Shown: positions 18,086 to 28,177, counted from the stretch's first letter. The stretch: 64,000 nucleotides of DNA from Candidatus Aenigmatarchaeota archaeon (GCA_039000985.1 JAWBMD010000001.1:1877-65876), one strand, 5' to 3'. The notes: a model not told the origin generated them from the letters alone. A program made the numbers and translations.

Positions 18086-19746
18086 ATTCTCTTCCTTATT
18101 TTATATTTATAATTGAGTTTTATTATATAGTTTCTTAATGTATTTATCAAATCAAAAATAAAGAGAAGCAAAATGAGAAGTGAGATTATTAAAATAATAG
18201 ATGAAATTAATCTATTTTCTATTATAATCGATAGAGCTATGGAAGAAATTATAATAGCCATATAAAATATAATATCAAAAACACTTCCTGTTATTTTAAT
18301 GTTTATTTTTTTAAGTGTTGAGAAAAATACATCAGCAATTTTATAGAAACAATAAATTGAAACAAATATTAAAAGTATCAATGAAACACTTCCTGTTACA
18401 ACATTTTCTGACATGTATTTAAATATGATTGGAATTAAAGCTAATGAAATAAAAAGTAATGAAAAGTAATATATTGTTCTATATTTTTCTTCTCCTAATG
18501 CATTTACTAGTTTTGCTTTCAAACTAAAGTAATTCTGAAATAATTGTCGTAATGGTATAACTTTTCTTTCTATATTTTCACCAAGTATCATTTTTATAAA
18601 ACCATATATTTTTTCTTCATTTTTAATTAAAAAATAAGAAGAGAGAAATGTAGTTAGAACACATCCACTAACAATTCCTAAAAAATCTTCTGTTAGCAAA
18701 CCAGCTTTTATACCAACTAAAGCTATGTACATGGATACTTCTCCAATAACAACCATCGATAAACCAGCAAATAACGATGATCTTATATCAAATCCAGAAA
18801 TAAATGCACCAAGTGTAACGGAAAATATTTTACCAATTATAACAGCAAGAGAGAAAATTACTACATAAGTTAAACTAGAAACAAATACAAAAGGACTTAT
18901 TTTCATCCCCATCGATACAAAAAATATAGAAATAAATAAAATAGAAAAGTTTTTAGCAAATTTAAAAATGTTTTTAAAATTTCCGATATTGGAAATAATG
19001 CTTCCAGCAATAAATGCACCAACAGCAGGAGATAAGCCGAGAAGTGTTGCTAAGTATGTTAATAGCATTAAAATGAAAAATGAAAAAAGATATATACCTT
19101 CCTCTCCAAAGCCATAAATTTTTGGTAAAATTTTGTTTGAGAATGTAGTAATGGAAAATATTGTTATTAAAACTACAGATAGCGCTTTTATTATTGAGAA
19201 TATAGTATATTCAATAGAAAAATTGTTTCCAATAGCTATACTAGATATAGTTGAAAGCAAAAATACAATAACTAAATCTTCAAGAAATGAAATACCAACA
19301 ATGCTTGAAATTATATTTTCCCTACCTTTTTCTAAATTCATTTCTTTTATTAATCTTAGTAAAACTGCTGTACCTGTATTGCAAAATATTATAGCCATTA
19401 TTAGCGAAGGACCTATGCCAAAACCAAGTAATCTAGCTATTGAGTATGAAAGCACGAATGTTATAAGCAATTCTATTATAAACATTATATATGGTCCTAA
19501 TCCAAGTTTTTTTAATCTGGAAAAATTATATTCCATACCAATAAGGAAAAACAAGAGTATTGCTCCTATTTCACTTAAAATATCTATTATAGGATCTTCT
19601 TTAATAATTGATATTCCATTTGGTCCTATGATCATTCCAAGTATTATTAAAACTATAACAGCAGGAATTTTCGACTTACTATATATTAATAAAGAAACTA
19701 ATGATGCAAATGCAATAATTCCAAGTGGTAAAAATAGTTCAGACAT
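18079..19746 (-). CDS. Cation:proton antiporter (CPA2/Kef-like)
   Basis: GMIIGP, EIGAILLFFLIGME, FLEDL, GAFIAG, FFVSMG, GEVS. Confidence 0.9.
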   Translation of the reverse strand: MSELFLPLGIIAFASLVSLLIYSKSKIPAVIVLIILGMIIGPNGISIIKEDPIIDILSEIGAILLFFLIGMEYNFSRLKKLGLGPYIMFIIELLITFVLSYSIARLLGFGIGPSLIMAIIFCNTGTAVLLRLIKEMNLEKGRENIISSIVGISFLEDLVIVFLLSTISSIAIGNNFSIEYTIFSIIKALSVVLITIFSITTFSNKILPKIYGFGEEGIYLFSFFILMLLTYLATLLGLSPAVGAFIAGSIISNIGNFKNIFKFAKNFSILFISIFFVSMGMKISPFVFVSSLTYVVIFSLAVIIGKIFSVTLGAFISGFDIRSSLFAGLSMVVIGEVSMYIALVGIKAGLLTEDFLGIVSGCVLTTFLSSYFLIKNEEKIYGFIKMILGENIERKVIPLRQLFQNYFSLKAKLVNALGEEKYRTIYYFSLLFISLALIPIIFKYMSENVVTGSVSLILLIFVSIYCFYKIADVFFSTLKKINIKITGSVFDIIFYMAIIISSIALSIIIENRLISSIILIISLLILLLFIFDLINTLRNYIIKLNYKYKIRKRMR

Positions 19747-19775
19747 AATATATTGTTTTGTGATAGAATTAAATT

Positions 19776-20426
19776 ATGAAAATACTAATAATGGGTCCTC
19801 ATGGCTCTGGAAAAACTACATTAGGAAAAATGCTTTCACAACATTATAATATTCCATTTATTTCATCTGGTGAAATTCTTAGAGAATATTCTAAATTTGA
19901 TGAAAATATAAAAAGATTTTTGGAGAGCAAAACATATGTTACTGATGACATAGTTAATGAAATAATTTTGAAATATTTGCTTAGCGAGAATTGCAAAAAT
20001 GGATTTATATTAGAAGGTTACCCAAGGACGATAACCCAATTATATTTTCTTGAGAAACATTTTGATATAGATTTTGTTTTGAATTTAATAGTTAGAGAAG
20101 ATGTTTTGATGGATAGGTTGCTTTATAGATTAGTTTGTCCATCTTGCAAAGCAAATTATAACACAAAACTTAAACCTCCTAAAAATGATGAGTTATGTGA
20201 TGTTTGTAATGTTAAGCTTGAAAAAAGAATTGAAGATACTGAAGAAGGAATTAAAAAAAGATATGAGGAATATTTAAGCAAAACAACTCCTGTATTGGAA
20301 ATTTACAAAAGGAAGGGGAAAGTTATTGATGTCGATGTTAGCGAAAATGATTTAAACAAAAACTTTGAAAAGTGTATTAAAATTATTGATGAATTTAGAA
20401 GAAATAGAGGAAAAAATAAGGAATAA
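19776..20426 (+). CDS. adk: Adenylate kinase (long, Zn-LID type)
   Basis: GPHGSGKTT, GFILEGYPRT, CPSC...CDVC lid. Confidence 0.9.
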   Translation: MKILIMGPHGSGKTTLGKMLSQHYNIPFISSGEILREYSKFDENIKRFLESKTYVTDDIVNEIILKYLLSENCKNGFILEGYPRTITQLYFLEKHFDIDFVLNLIVREDVLMDRLLYRLVCPSCKANYNTKLKPPKNDELCDVCNVKLEKRIEDTEEGIKKRYEEYLSKTTPVLEIYKRKGKVIDVDVSENDLNKNFEKCIKIIDEFRRNRGKNKE

Positions 20427-20814
20427 AAAATCGATAGAAGAAGTTTTAAAATTTTTAACATGGAAAGATTTCGAGCTTATTACTAAAGAGATTTTTGAGA
20501 GAAATGGTTTTAATGTTCGATTCAATTATCGCTTTAAAACTACTAAAAGATATCAAATAGATATATTAGCTGAGAAAAGAGATATACTGATTTGTGTTGA
20601 TTGTAAGCATTGGAGAAGAGGATATAAAGTTGGTAGAATAAAAAAAGCTGCTTTAAAGCAGAAAGAGAGAATTAATGAACTAATGAAAATTTTGAAAGAG
20701 AAAAAAATAGTTCCAATTATTTTAACTTTGTTAGATATGGGAATTTATGAGTTTGAGAATGTTTTCATAATTCCGATTTTTTATTTGAATGAGTTTTTAA
20801 ATTCTAACTTTTAG
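20389..20814 (+). CDS. Mrr-like PD-(D/E)xK endonuclease domain protein
   Basis: WKDFE, QIDILA...VDCKHW. Confidence 0.8.
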   Translation: MNLEEIEEKIRNKKSIEEVLKFLTWKDFELITKEIFERNGFNVRFNYRFKTTKRYQIDILAEKRDILICVDCKHWRRGYKVGRIKKAALKQKERINELMKILKEKKIVPIILTLLDMGIYEFENVFIIPIFYLNEFLNSNF

Positions 20815-21040
20815 TTTTCATGAACAATTTGCAAGCAATTATATGACTACATTCCTTTAATTTTAAAGAAAAATATTTGCAATCGCAAAACCATTCTTTT
20901 TTTTCTTTATCAAAAAAAACTGAGTGAATTTCATTGCTTTTAACACTAAAATAAATTCTTTTTTCTGTTTCAAAATCCAATTTTACTTTTTTTTCTCTTA
21001 AAAATCTATAAGCTTTTAGTTTTTTGTATAATTTGCTCAT
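20804..21040 (-). CDS. SWIM zinc-finger protein
   Basis: WFCDC...CSHIIA. Confidence 0.85.
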   Translation of the reverse strand: MSKLYKKLKAYRFLREKKVKLDFETEKRIYFSVKSNEIHSVFFDKEKKEWFCDCKYFSLKLKECSHIIACKLFMKTKS

Positions 21041-21048
21041 AAATAATT

Positions 21049-21678
21049 ATGATAACAAAAGAAAAATTAGCAATTTTTTTGTCAAAACTGAAAAAAGTAG
21101 AAAATCCAAAATATTGGTTAGAGCAATATAGCTTATCTTCGGAGTTAGCAGCTGAAATATTATGGTTAGCTCATTTGAGTAAAGATATAAAAAATAAAAT
21201 AATTTTGGATTTAGGTTGTGGAAATGGAATATTAGCTATAGGAGCAAAAAAGCTTGGCGCTAAATATTGTATTGGTTTGGATATTGATAAAGAAAGCATA
21301 AAAACTGCTTTAGAAAATTCTAAGAAATTCAAAAAAATTTTTTATGTGCTTGGTGATGTTGAAAAATTTTATTTGAAAAGGAATGTTGATACTGTTATTC
21401 AAAACCCACCATTTGGATTAAAGAGTAAAAGACATGAAGATATAAAATTTTTAAAGAAGGCATTTTCTCTAGCTAAAAAAGTTTATTCGTTGCATAGAAA
21501 TGGTTATAAAAGAACTTTTAATTTTATAAAAAGCTTTGCCGAAAAAAATGGATTTAGCTTAGTTAATAGTTTTAAAATAAAACTCGAACTATTTAAAACA
21601 TTCAGTTTTCACAGAAGTTATAAAAAAGTTGTTGATGTTAGATTATATTGTTTTAGTTCAACAAAAAATTTATTTTAG
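21049..21678 (+). CDS. METTL5-family RNA N6-adenine methyltransferase
   Basis: LEQY, DLGCGNG, QNPPFG, VYSLH, FH. Confidence 0.9.
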   Translation: MITKEKLAIFLSKLKKVENPKYWLEQYSLSSELAAEILWLAHLSKDIKNKIILDLGCGNGILAIGAKKLGAKYCIGLDIDKESIKTALENSKKFKKIFYVLGDVEKFYLKRNVDTVIQNPPFGLKSKRHEDIKFLKKAFSLAKKVYSLHRNGYKRTFNFIKSFAEKNGFSLVNSFKIKLELFKTFSFHRSYKKVVDVRLYCFSSTKNLF

Positions 21679-21729
21679 ATTTGTTATAATATAATTATGG
21701 AGAAGAAAGCTAAAAAGAAGAAATAGATA

Positions 21730-24700
21730 TTAAGAGCAACCTGACGTAGCTCCACAAACTACACAAACAAAACAAGTTCCAGCTCTTATCATTAAGTTAC
21801 CACAAGTATAGCAACTTATTCCACTATTATTTACTTCCACTTTTTCTTTTTTTCTTTCTTGCTTATCCCCTTTTGTTAATCCTATTTCTTCTAGCTCTTC
21901 TTTACTAAGAAATTTAAAAGCTAGCCACTTAAATATGTAATCCAAAATAGAAGTAGCTACAGGTATTTCTTTATTTTCTGTCCAGCCAGAGGGTTCAAAT
22001 CTTGTATTAATGAATTTACTTACCAAATCTTTTAATGGTACTCCATATTGTAAAGCTACTGAGGTTAATATTGCAACTCCATCCATTAATCCAGCTAATG
22101 TACTTCCTTGTTTTGAAATTGTAACAAATATTTCTCCAGGTTTTCCATCTTCAAACAAACCAACATGTATGTAGCCTTCTTGATTACCAACTCTAAATTT
22201 ATGCGTTATTGATTTTCTTTCTGGAGGCAATCTTCTTTTTTCCAGCTTTTTCTCCTTTGGAAATAGTTCCTCAATCTTTGAATATAGTGCTTGAATTGTT
22301 TTGCTACCATCTCTATAAATCGAAATTGATTTTAAACCAAGTTTCCAAGCTTCTATGTAAATATCTTTAATATCTTCAATACTTGCTTCATTTGGTAGAT
22401 TAACTGTTTTACTTATCCCTCCACTTAAAAGTGGTTGTATAGTTGCCATCATTTTCACATGTGCAATTGGTTGTATGAATCTTTTACCTTTTTTTCCACA
22501 TTTAACAGCACAATCAAATGTGGAATAATGCTCTGGTTTAATGTGAGGTGCCCCCTCAATTGTTTGAGTTCCACAAATATATTCGTTTGCAATTTCTATT
22601 TCCTTATCGCTAAAACCAAGTGATTTTAATAAATCAAAATTAAGATCCTTATATTCATTTTCTTCAAATCCTAGTTTTTTCATGCAATCCTCTCCCAAAA
22701 ATGATGGATTAAATACTAATTTAATATCCATAATATTTGGTAGAGCATTTTCTATTTTCTCTATATCAGTTTCATCAAATCCGATTTCTAACAATTTTTC
22801 TTTGTTTATGAAGGGAGCATTTTCTAGTGTATTATGACCAAGCACATATTTTACAATATCTTCTATTTGTTCTTTAGTATAACCTAAATTGCTTAATGCT
22901 ATTAAAAATGATTTATTTACTATTTTCAAATATCCACCACCAGCCAATTTTTTAAATTTAACTAATGAATAATCCGGTTCAATTCCAGTAGTATCAGCAT
23001 CCATTACAAATGATATTGTACCAGTTGGTGCAATTAATGTGACTTGAGCATTTCTATAACCAAATCTTTCACCCAAAAACAAAGCTTTATCCCAAAGTTT
23101 TAAAAGCTCTTTGCTAATATATTCGGGAATGAAAGAATGATTTAAAACAACAGGTTTTATGCTCAATCCTTCAAATTCTTCTTCATTAGCACCATAAGCA
23201 GCTTTTCTATGATTTCTAATTACTTTTAGCATATACTCTCTATTTTTTTCAAACTCTGGAAATGGTCCTTTAAAGCTTGCTATTTCTGCACTAGTAATAT
23301 AGCATTGAGCTGTCATTATTCCTGTTATTGCTCCAGCTAAGTTTCTTGCTTGCTCACTATCATATGGTAAACCCATTATCATTAAAAGTGAACCTAAATT
23401 TGTATAACCCAATCCAAGTGGTCTAGTTTTATAACTATTTTCAGCAATTTCTTTTGATGGAAATGAAGCAGCATCTACTGTTATATCTAAAACAATTGTC
23501 CAAAGTCTAACAACATGTTTAAATTTTTCCAAATCAAAAGTTTTGGATTTAAAATCATAAAATTTAACTAAGTTTATTGATGCCAAATTACAAGCTGTGT
23601 TATCTAAAAATATGAATTCGCTACATGGATTCGTTGCATTTATTCTTCCTGTTAATGGAACAGTATTCCACTCATTTATAGTATCATCATATTGTAAAGC
23701 TGGGTCACCACATTCCCAAGTAGCTTTTGAGATAAGTTCTAATAAATAGGAAGCTTTGATTACTTTTGCTATTTTTTTATCAGTTCTTCTTATTAAGTTC
23801 CAATCCTCATTATTTATAGCTATTCTCATGAATTCATTAGTTACTCTTACACTATTATTAGAATTTTGTCCAAAAACAGTTGAGCTCATTTCATCTATAT
23901 CTAAATTAGCTAAACCAGATTTTACTAATGCCAAATATTTTCTTTCTTCTTTAACTTTCCACATTATGAAATCTTCTATTTCTGGGTGATCTGCATTTAA
24001 AATAACCATTTTTGCAGATCTTCTAACTCTCCCACCACTTTTTATGCTATTTGCAGCAACGTCAAAAATTTTCAAAAATGAAATAACTCCACTTGAAAAT
24101 CCACCTCCACTTAAAGGCTCTCCTTTTGCTCTTAAAGGAGAAAAGTTTATTCCACTTCCAGCACCAAACTTGAATATTTTCACTTCTTTATTCAACAAAT
24201 CCATTATTCCTCCTTCATTAAGTAAGTCGTCTTTTATCGATTGAATAAAACATGCATGCACTAAAGGTCTTGAATAAGAATCTTCACTTTCTTTTATTGT
24301 TCCACTTTCGGGATCAAAATAATATAATCCAGCTTCACTACCTTTTATTCCATATAGTAAATTTAAGCCAGCATTAAACCATTGTGGTGAGTTTGGAGCA
24401 GCAATTTGAAATATTAATGTATAGCCAACTTCGGCTTCAAAAGCATTTGCATCTTCTTTACTAGCAAACATTCCATTTTTTTCTCCAAAGTATCTCCAAA
24501 ATTTAACAAGTCTTCTAACTACTTGCTTTAATGAGCTTTCATATTTTACTTCTGGGACATCACCTTTTCTAAAATATTTTTGTGCTAATATATCTGCAGC
24601 TGTCTGGCTCCAGAATTCAGGAACTTCAACATTATCCATTTCAAAAATAACTTTCCCACCAATATCTTTAATTTCACATTTTCTTTTACTCCATTTTACA

Positions 24701-24795
24701 TAGTTGAAAACATCCTCTAAGGTTTCCCCATGTTTTGTAAAAACTCTTGGTATTTTTAGTCCAGTTTTTGTTGCAAGTATTTCAATTTTATCCAT
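21730..24795 (-). CDS. nrdJ: Class II (adenosylcobalamin-dependent) ribonucleotide reductase with C-terminal TSCPD domain
   Basis: PNSPQWFN, ACFIQ, TNPCSE, CNLASIN, APTGTI, ISKTVN, C-terminal CxxC..CxxCGATSGCS. Confidence 0.95.
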   Translation of the reverse strand: MDKIEILATKTGLKIPRVFTKHGETLEDVFNYVKWSKRKCEIKDIGGKVIFEMDNVEVPEFWSQTAADILAQKYFRKGDVPEVKYESSLKQVVRRLVKFWRYFGEKNGMFASKEDANAFEAEVGYTLIFQIAAPNSPQWFNAGLNLLYGIKGSEAGLYYFDPESGTIKESEDSYSRPLVHACFIQSIKDDLLNEGGIMDLLNKEVKIFKFGAGSGINFSPLRAKGEPLSGGGFSSGVISFLKIFDVAANSIKSGGRVRRSAKMVILNADHPEIEDFIMWKVKEERKYLALVKSGLANLDIDEMSSTVFGQNSNNSVRVTNEFMRIAINNEDWNLIRRTDKKIAKVIKASYLLELISKATWECGDPALQYDDTINEWNTVPLTGRINATNPCSEFIFLDNTACNLASINLVKFYDFKSKTFDLEKFKHVVRLWTIVLDITVDAASFPSKEIAENSYKTRPLGLGYTNLGSLLMIMGLPYDSEQARNLAGAITGIMTAQCYITSAEIASFKGPFPEFEKNREYMLKVIRNHRKAAYGANEEEFEGLSIKPVVLNHSFIPEYISKELLKLWDKALFLGERFGYRNAQVTLIAPTGTISFVMDADTTGIEPDYSLVKFKKLAGGGYLKIVNKSFLIALSNLGYTKEQIEDIVKYVLGHNTLENAPFINKEKLLEIGFDETDIEKIENALPNIMDIKLVFNPSFLGEDCMKKLGFEENEYKDLNFDLLKSLGFSDKEIEIANEYICGTQTIEGAPHIKPEHYSTFDCAVKCGKKGKRFIQPIAHVKMMATIQPLLSGGISKTVNLPNEASIEDIKDIYIEAWKLGLKSISIYRDGSKTIQALYSKIEELFPKEKKLEKRRLPPERKSITHKFRVGNQEGYIHVGLFEDGKPGEIFVTISKQGSTLAGLMDGVAILTSVALQYGVPLKDLVSKFINTRFEPSGWTENKEIPVATSILDYIFKWLAFKFLSKEELEEIGLTKGDKQERKKEKVEVNNSGISCYTCGNLMIRAGTCFVCVVCGATSGCS

Positions 24796-24850
24796 ACAAT
24801 TTAATATCTTTCTCTATTTAAATTTTTTTATTGACAACAAACTATATTTT

Positions 24851-25243
24851 TTATTTTATTTGTTTTAGTGTTTTTATTCCAAGAACTTCAAAATATTGAA
24901 TTTCTTTTCCAATTTCAAGCTTTCCTTTTAGTTCTTCTGGTATTTCTAATTCAAATGTTGAAAAATCATTTAAATCCATTAACTGAACCTTTTCTCCTAT
25001 AAAAGCTATAACTTGGGCATTTTTCTTTAAGATTATTGGAACTTCAACTTCTTCATCAGATGGTGCAACAACACTTCTTCTTTTATCATCTAACAAGCCA
25101 ATTGCTTCTATTCTAACCTTAGATGCACCATGTTTACCGCTAGTAGAAATTTGTACTTTTTCAACTCTACAAGGTGCCCCATCTATTACTATAAAGCCAT
25201 TTGGTTTTAAATTCTTTATTTCTGTTTTTGTTACTTCTGTCAT
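24851..25243 (-). CDS. eif5a: Translation initiation factor 5A
   Basis: STSGKHGASK hypusine-site motif. Confidence 0.97.
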   Translation of the reverse strand: MTEVTKTEIKNLKPNGFIVIDGAPCRVEKVQISTSGKHGASKVRIEAIGLLDDKRRSVVAPSDEEVEVPIILKKNAQVIAFIGEKVQLMDLNDFSTFELEIPEELKGKLEIGKEIQYFEVLGIKTLKQIK

Positions 25244-25395
25244 ATTAAATATAAAATTATTTCTATTATTGCCATACCCAAAGCAAAAAGTATTACATGA
25301 ATTGGTTTTAATTTTATTTTGCTTTTTTCTTCTTCAGGATATCTTATTAAGCCACCAATTCCAGCTGGGATATAAACTTTATCTTTCTTTGCCAT
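25240..25395 (-). CDS. secG: Preprotein translocase Sec61beta/SecG (51 aa, not in ORF track)
   Basis: MAKKDKVYIPAGIGGLIRYPEEEKAKIKLKPIHVILFALGMAIIEIILYLI; GL.RY...IKL.P + TM. Confidence 0.88.
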   Translation of the reverse strand: MAKKDKVYIPAGIGGLIRYPEEEKSKIKLKPIHVILFALGMAIIEIILYLI

Positions 25396-25404
25396 AATGA
25401 TATT

Positions 25405-26175
25405 ATGAAAATTAAATTTTTAATAGCAAAAGAGCTTGGATTAAATAGCGAAATGATTAAATATATTCACTCCTACCAAAAAATTGGTGATATAATTATT
25501 GTAAAAATAGAAAAAGAAATTGAGGAATATAAAAATAAAATTGCTGAAATTTTGTTTAAAAATATACCAAATACAAAAACTGTTTGTAGAATTTTAGGTA
25601 TAGAAGGAGAAAAAAGAATTCCCCAAATAGAAATTTTAATTGGGAAGGATACAGAAACAATTCATAGGGAAAATAAATGTATTTTTAAGTTAGATGTTTC
25701 AAAAGTTATGTTTTCAAAAGGAAACTTGTTTGAGAGGAGAAGGTTGGTTGATTATGTAAATGATAATGAAAAAATAGTTGATATGTGTGCAGGTATAGGT
25801 TATTTTTCTATACCAATAGCAAAATTTAGAAAAGTTAAAATGGTTGTTTGTTTTGATATCAACAAAAATGCTATAAAATATTTGCTTGAAAATATAAAAC
25901 TAAATAAAATTGAAAATATATATCCTGTTATTGGTAATTCTTTAAAAGTTTTAAAGAGAAAAAAATTTTTTGATAGGGCAATAATTGGTTGCATTTTTAA
26001 TTCTTTTAAGTTTTTAGATTTAGCAAAGGAAATTGCTAGTGAAGTTACCTTTCATACATTAATTAAAAAAGAAGAGCTGGAAAGCTTTTTAAAAAGTTAT
26101 AATGTTTTAAGATATAGAAAGGTTAAAAGCTATGCTCCGCATATTTATCATTATGTTTTTGATATAAAATTTTAG
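25405..26175 (+). CDS. taw2: Trm5/Taw2 (TYW2)-family tRNA modification enzyme
   Basis: YQKIGDI, TIHRENKC.FKLDVSKVMFS.GN..ERRR, DMCAGIGYF, VKSYAP. Confidence 0.75.
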   Translation: MKIKFLIAKELGLNSEMIKYIHSYQKIGDIIIVKIEKEIEEYKNKIAEILFKNIPNTKTVCRILGIEGEKRIPQIEILIGKDTETIHRENKCIFKLDVSKVMFSKGNLFERRRLVDYVNDNEKIVDMCAGIGYFSIPIAKFRKVKMVVCFDINKNAIKYLLENIKLNKIENIYPVIGNSLKVLKRKKFFDRAIIGCIFNSFKFLDLAKEIASEVTFHTLIKKEELESFLKSYNVLRYRKVKSYAPHIYHYVFDIKF

Positions 26176-26176
26176 A

Positions 26177-26249
26177 GCGCCAGTCATCTAGCCTGGTAGG
26201 ATACGAGCTTCCCAAGCTCGGTGCCCGGGTTCAAATCCCGGCTGGCGCA
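26177..26249 (+). tRNA. tRNA-Gly(CCC)
   Basis: GCGCCAGTCATCTAGCCTGGTAGGATACGAGCTT-CCC-AAGCTCGGTGCCCGGGTTCAAATCCCGGCTGGCGCA. Confidence 0.93.
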
Positions 26250-27535
26250 TATTTTTTTCTAATTGCATAAAAAGCAAGGCATCCTGTTAAAATAATACTA
26301 AAAATTATTACCAAAGCAATTAAGCTGGATTGTAGTATTAAAAAAATACAGAAAGTTAATCCAATAAAAGAAAGTAAAGGAAATTTACCAATATTTAAAG
26401 GTATTTTGAAAGGTCTTTTTATTTTTGACTTGCTAAACCTTAATTTTATTACAGAAGCATTTACGAAAGCAAAAATTATTAATGTCCCAATGCTTGTTGC
26501 CATTGCAACTATTTCTATTTCACCAGTTAGTGTAAACAAAATTGAAAACAACATGAAAACCATTATAGCAATATATGGTGTTCTTCTTTTTTTGTGGATA
26601 TGAGCTAAAAATTTTGGTAAAGAATTATGTTTTGCCATGCCATATATCATTCTTGATCCAACTATAAGAATTACAAGTACTGTATTGGCTGTTGCAAATA
26701 GTGCAATTATCCATAAAATAAAAAATGCTTCTTTTCCAATTGCTTTTGAAGCTACTAAAGCTAATGGTGCTTTTGAGCTTGCTAATTCTTGCCAGCTAAC
26801 TGTGCTTATAGCTGAGATTGAAACTAAAATATAAAGCAAGCTTGTAATTGTTATTGCCAAAATTGTCGCTTTTGGTAAAGTTTTTGTTGGCTTTTTGGTT
26901 TCTTCAGCAAGATTAACTATATTTTCAAATCCGATATAAGCAAAAAATATAAGAGTAGCTGCAGAAAAAATACCGCTTATACCAAATGGAGCTTCTAAAT
27001 AATTAACCTTTCCCAAATTTCCCAAACCTATAAAAATGATAAAGAGTAAACCAAGTGCTTCAATTATTGTAAAAGTTATGTTTAATTTAGCTGATTCTTC
27101 AATTCCATAAAAATTTAAAAAGGAAAGAACAACAATTAATAAAATTGCTATTAATGTAATTGAAAACGTTTTATTTGTGCTGATTGGAAATAATTCATGG
27201 AAATATCCACCAAAACCAAGAGCAACAGCAGAAGCACTTATTATTTCAACACAAATTATTAACCAACCTATCAAAAATGAAATTAAATCATTTTTAAATG
27301 CTTTTTTAACATAAACGTATTCAGCAGCAGATTTAGGATAAATAGAAGAAAGTTCACAATAGCTTAAACCAGTTAATGATGCTAATAAAGCACCGATTAT
27401 AAATGAAATCCAAAGTGAATTACCAGCAGTTTTAGATGCTTCTCCAATTAAAGCATAGATACCAGCTCCAAGTATTATCCCAACTCCATATAATGTAATT
27501 GCAAATAAACCAAGTGTTCTTTTAAGCTTTGCCAT
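26231..27535 (-). CDS. APC-family amino acid permease
   Basis: LKRTLG, IILGAGIY, SYCEL, FFAYIGFE, SRMIYGMA, RTP. Confidence 0.93.
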   Translation of the reverse strand: MAKLKRTLGLFAITLYGVGIILGAGIYALIGEASKTAGNSLWISFIIGALLASLTGLSYCELSSIYPKSAAEYVYVKKAFKNDLISFLIGWLIICVEIISASAVALGFGGYFHELFPISTNKTFSITLIAILLIVVLSFLNFYGIEESAKLNITFTIIEALGLLFIIFIGLGNLGKVNYLEAPFGISGIFSAATLIFFAYIGFENIVNLAEETKKPTKTLPKATILAITITSLLYILVSISAISTVSWQELASSKAPLALVASKAIGKEAFFILWIIALFATANTVLVILIVGSRMIYGMAKHNSLPKFLAHIHKKRRTPYIAIMVFMLFSILFTLTGEIEIVAMATSIGTLIIFAFVNASVIKLRFSKSKIKRPFKIPLNIGKFPLLSFIGLTFCIFLILQSSLIALVIIFSIILTGCLAFYAIRKKYAPAGI

Positions 27536-27536
27536 T

Positions 27537-27610
27537 AGCCCTGGGCGGGATTTGAACCCGCGACCTATTGCTTACCAAGCAATCGCTCTACCAGTCTGAG
27601 CTACCAGGGC
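27537..27610 (-). tRNA. tRNA-Thr(GGT)
   Basis: GCCCTGGTAGCTCAGACTGGTAGAGCGATTGCTT-GGT-AAGCAATAGGTCGCGGGTTCAAATCCCGCCCAGGGCT. Confidence 0.95.
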
Positions 27611-27640
27611 ATATTTAAATTCTTTTTCATTAAATTATTT

Positions 27641-28168
27641 ATGGCATTCAATATACCATACCTACCAGGACTATATGAATTTTATTTACCATTTTTGCTC
27701 GTATTTGCAGTAGTATATGCTTTGCTTGCAAAAGCTAAAGTATTTGGTGAAGGAAAACCAGGAAAAGTAGCAAATTTAGTAATCTCATTAGCTTTTGGTT
27801 TATATATAGCAGCTAGTCCATTTTCATCAACTTTAGTAGGATTCTTAATGAGTCTATTTGGTCAAGGTATGATAATAATACTTACAATAGTTTTAGTATT
27901 AATGATATTTGCATTGTTTGCAGGTAGTATAGCATTTAAAGAGGAACCGTGGGGAGGAAAAGCATTAAAATATGTCTTAGCATTTGCAGTAGTAGTTGGT
28001 GTTTTGTTATTTTTATCCAGCGGCGGTTTAGCTATTTTTAATATCATTTTTCCCGGAGGACTTCCACCTATGGATGAGGGTATAATAGCAGGAATAATTA
28101 TGATAATAATAACCTTAGGAATAATAATCTTTCTAATGGCTGGTGAAAAAGAAGAAAAGAAAGGCTAA
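27641..28168 (+). CDS. Hypothetical membrane protein
   Basis: LPFLLVFAVVYALL.K.KVFG followed by several TMs. Confidence 0.7.
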   Translation: MAFNIPYLPGLYEFYLPFLLVFAVVYALLAKAKVFGEGKPGKVANLVISLAFGLYIAASPFSSTLVGFLMSLFGQGMIIILTIVLVLMIFALFAGSIAFKEEPWGGKALKYVLAFAVVVGVLLFLSSGGLAIFNIIFPGGLPPMDEGIIAGIIMIIITLGIIIFLMAGEKEEKKG

Positions 28169-28177
28169 CTAAAGTGA

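Noticed and set aside
19133..19849. Long antisense ORFs (e.g. 19133..19849, 34112..34681, 45512..45994, 36631..37089, 37522..37965)
   Set aside because: Shadows of well-supported genes on the opposite strand, with no motifs
20389..21678. Mrr-like nuclease + SWIM + methyltransferase as a restriction-modification system
   Set aside because: The methyltransferase has METTL5 (LEQY/NPPFG) RNA-methylase features, and the genes are not co-oriented as one unit
26177..26249. tRNA-Gly(CCC) as a pseudo-tRNA (C9, A10-U25)
   Set aside because: All stems pair and the T-loop and anticodon loop are canonical; treated as a functional variant
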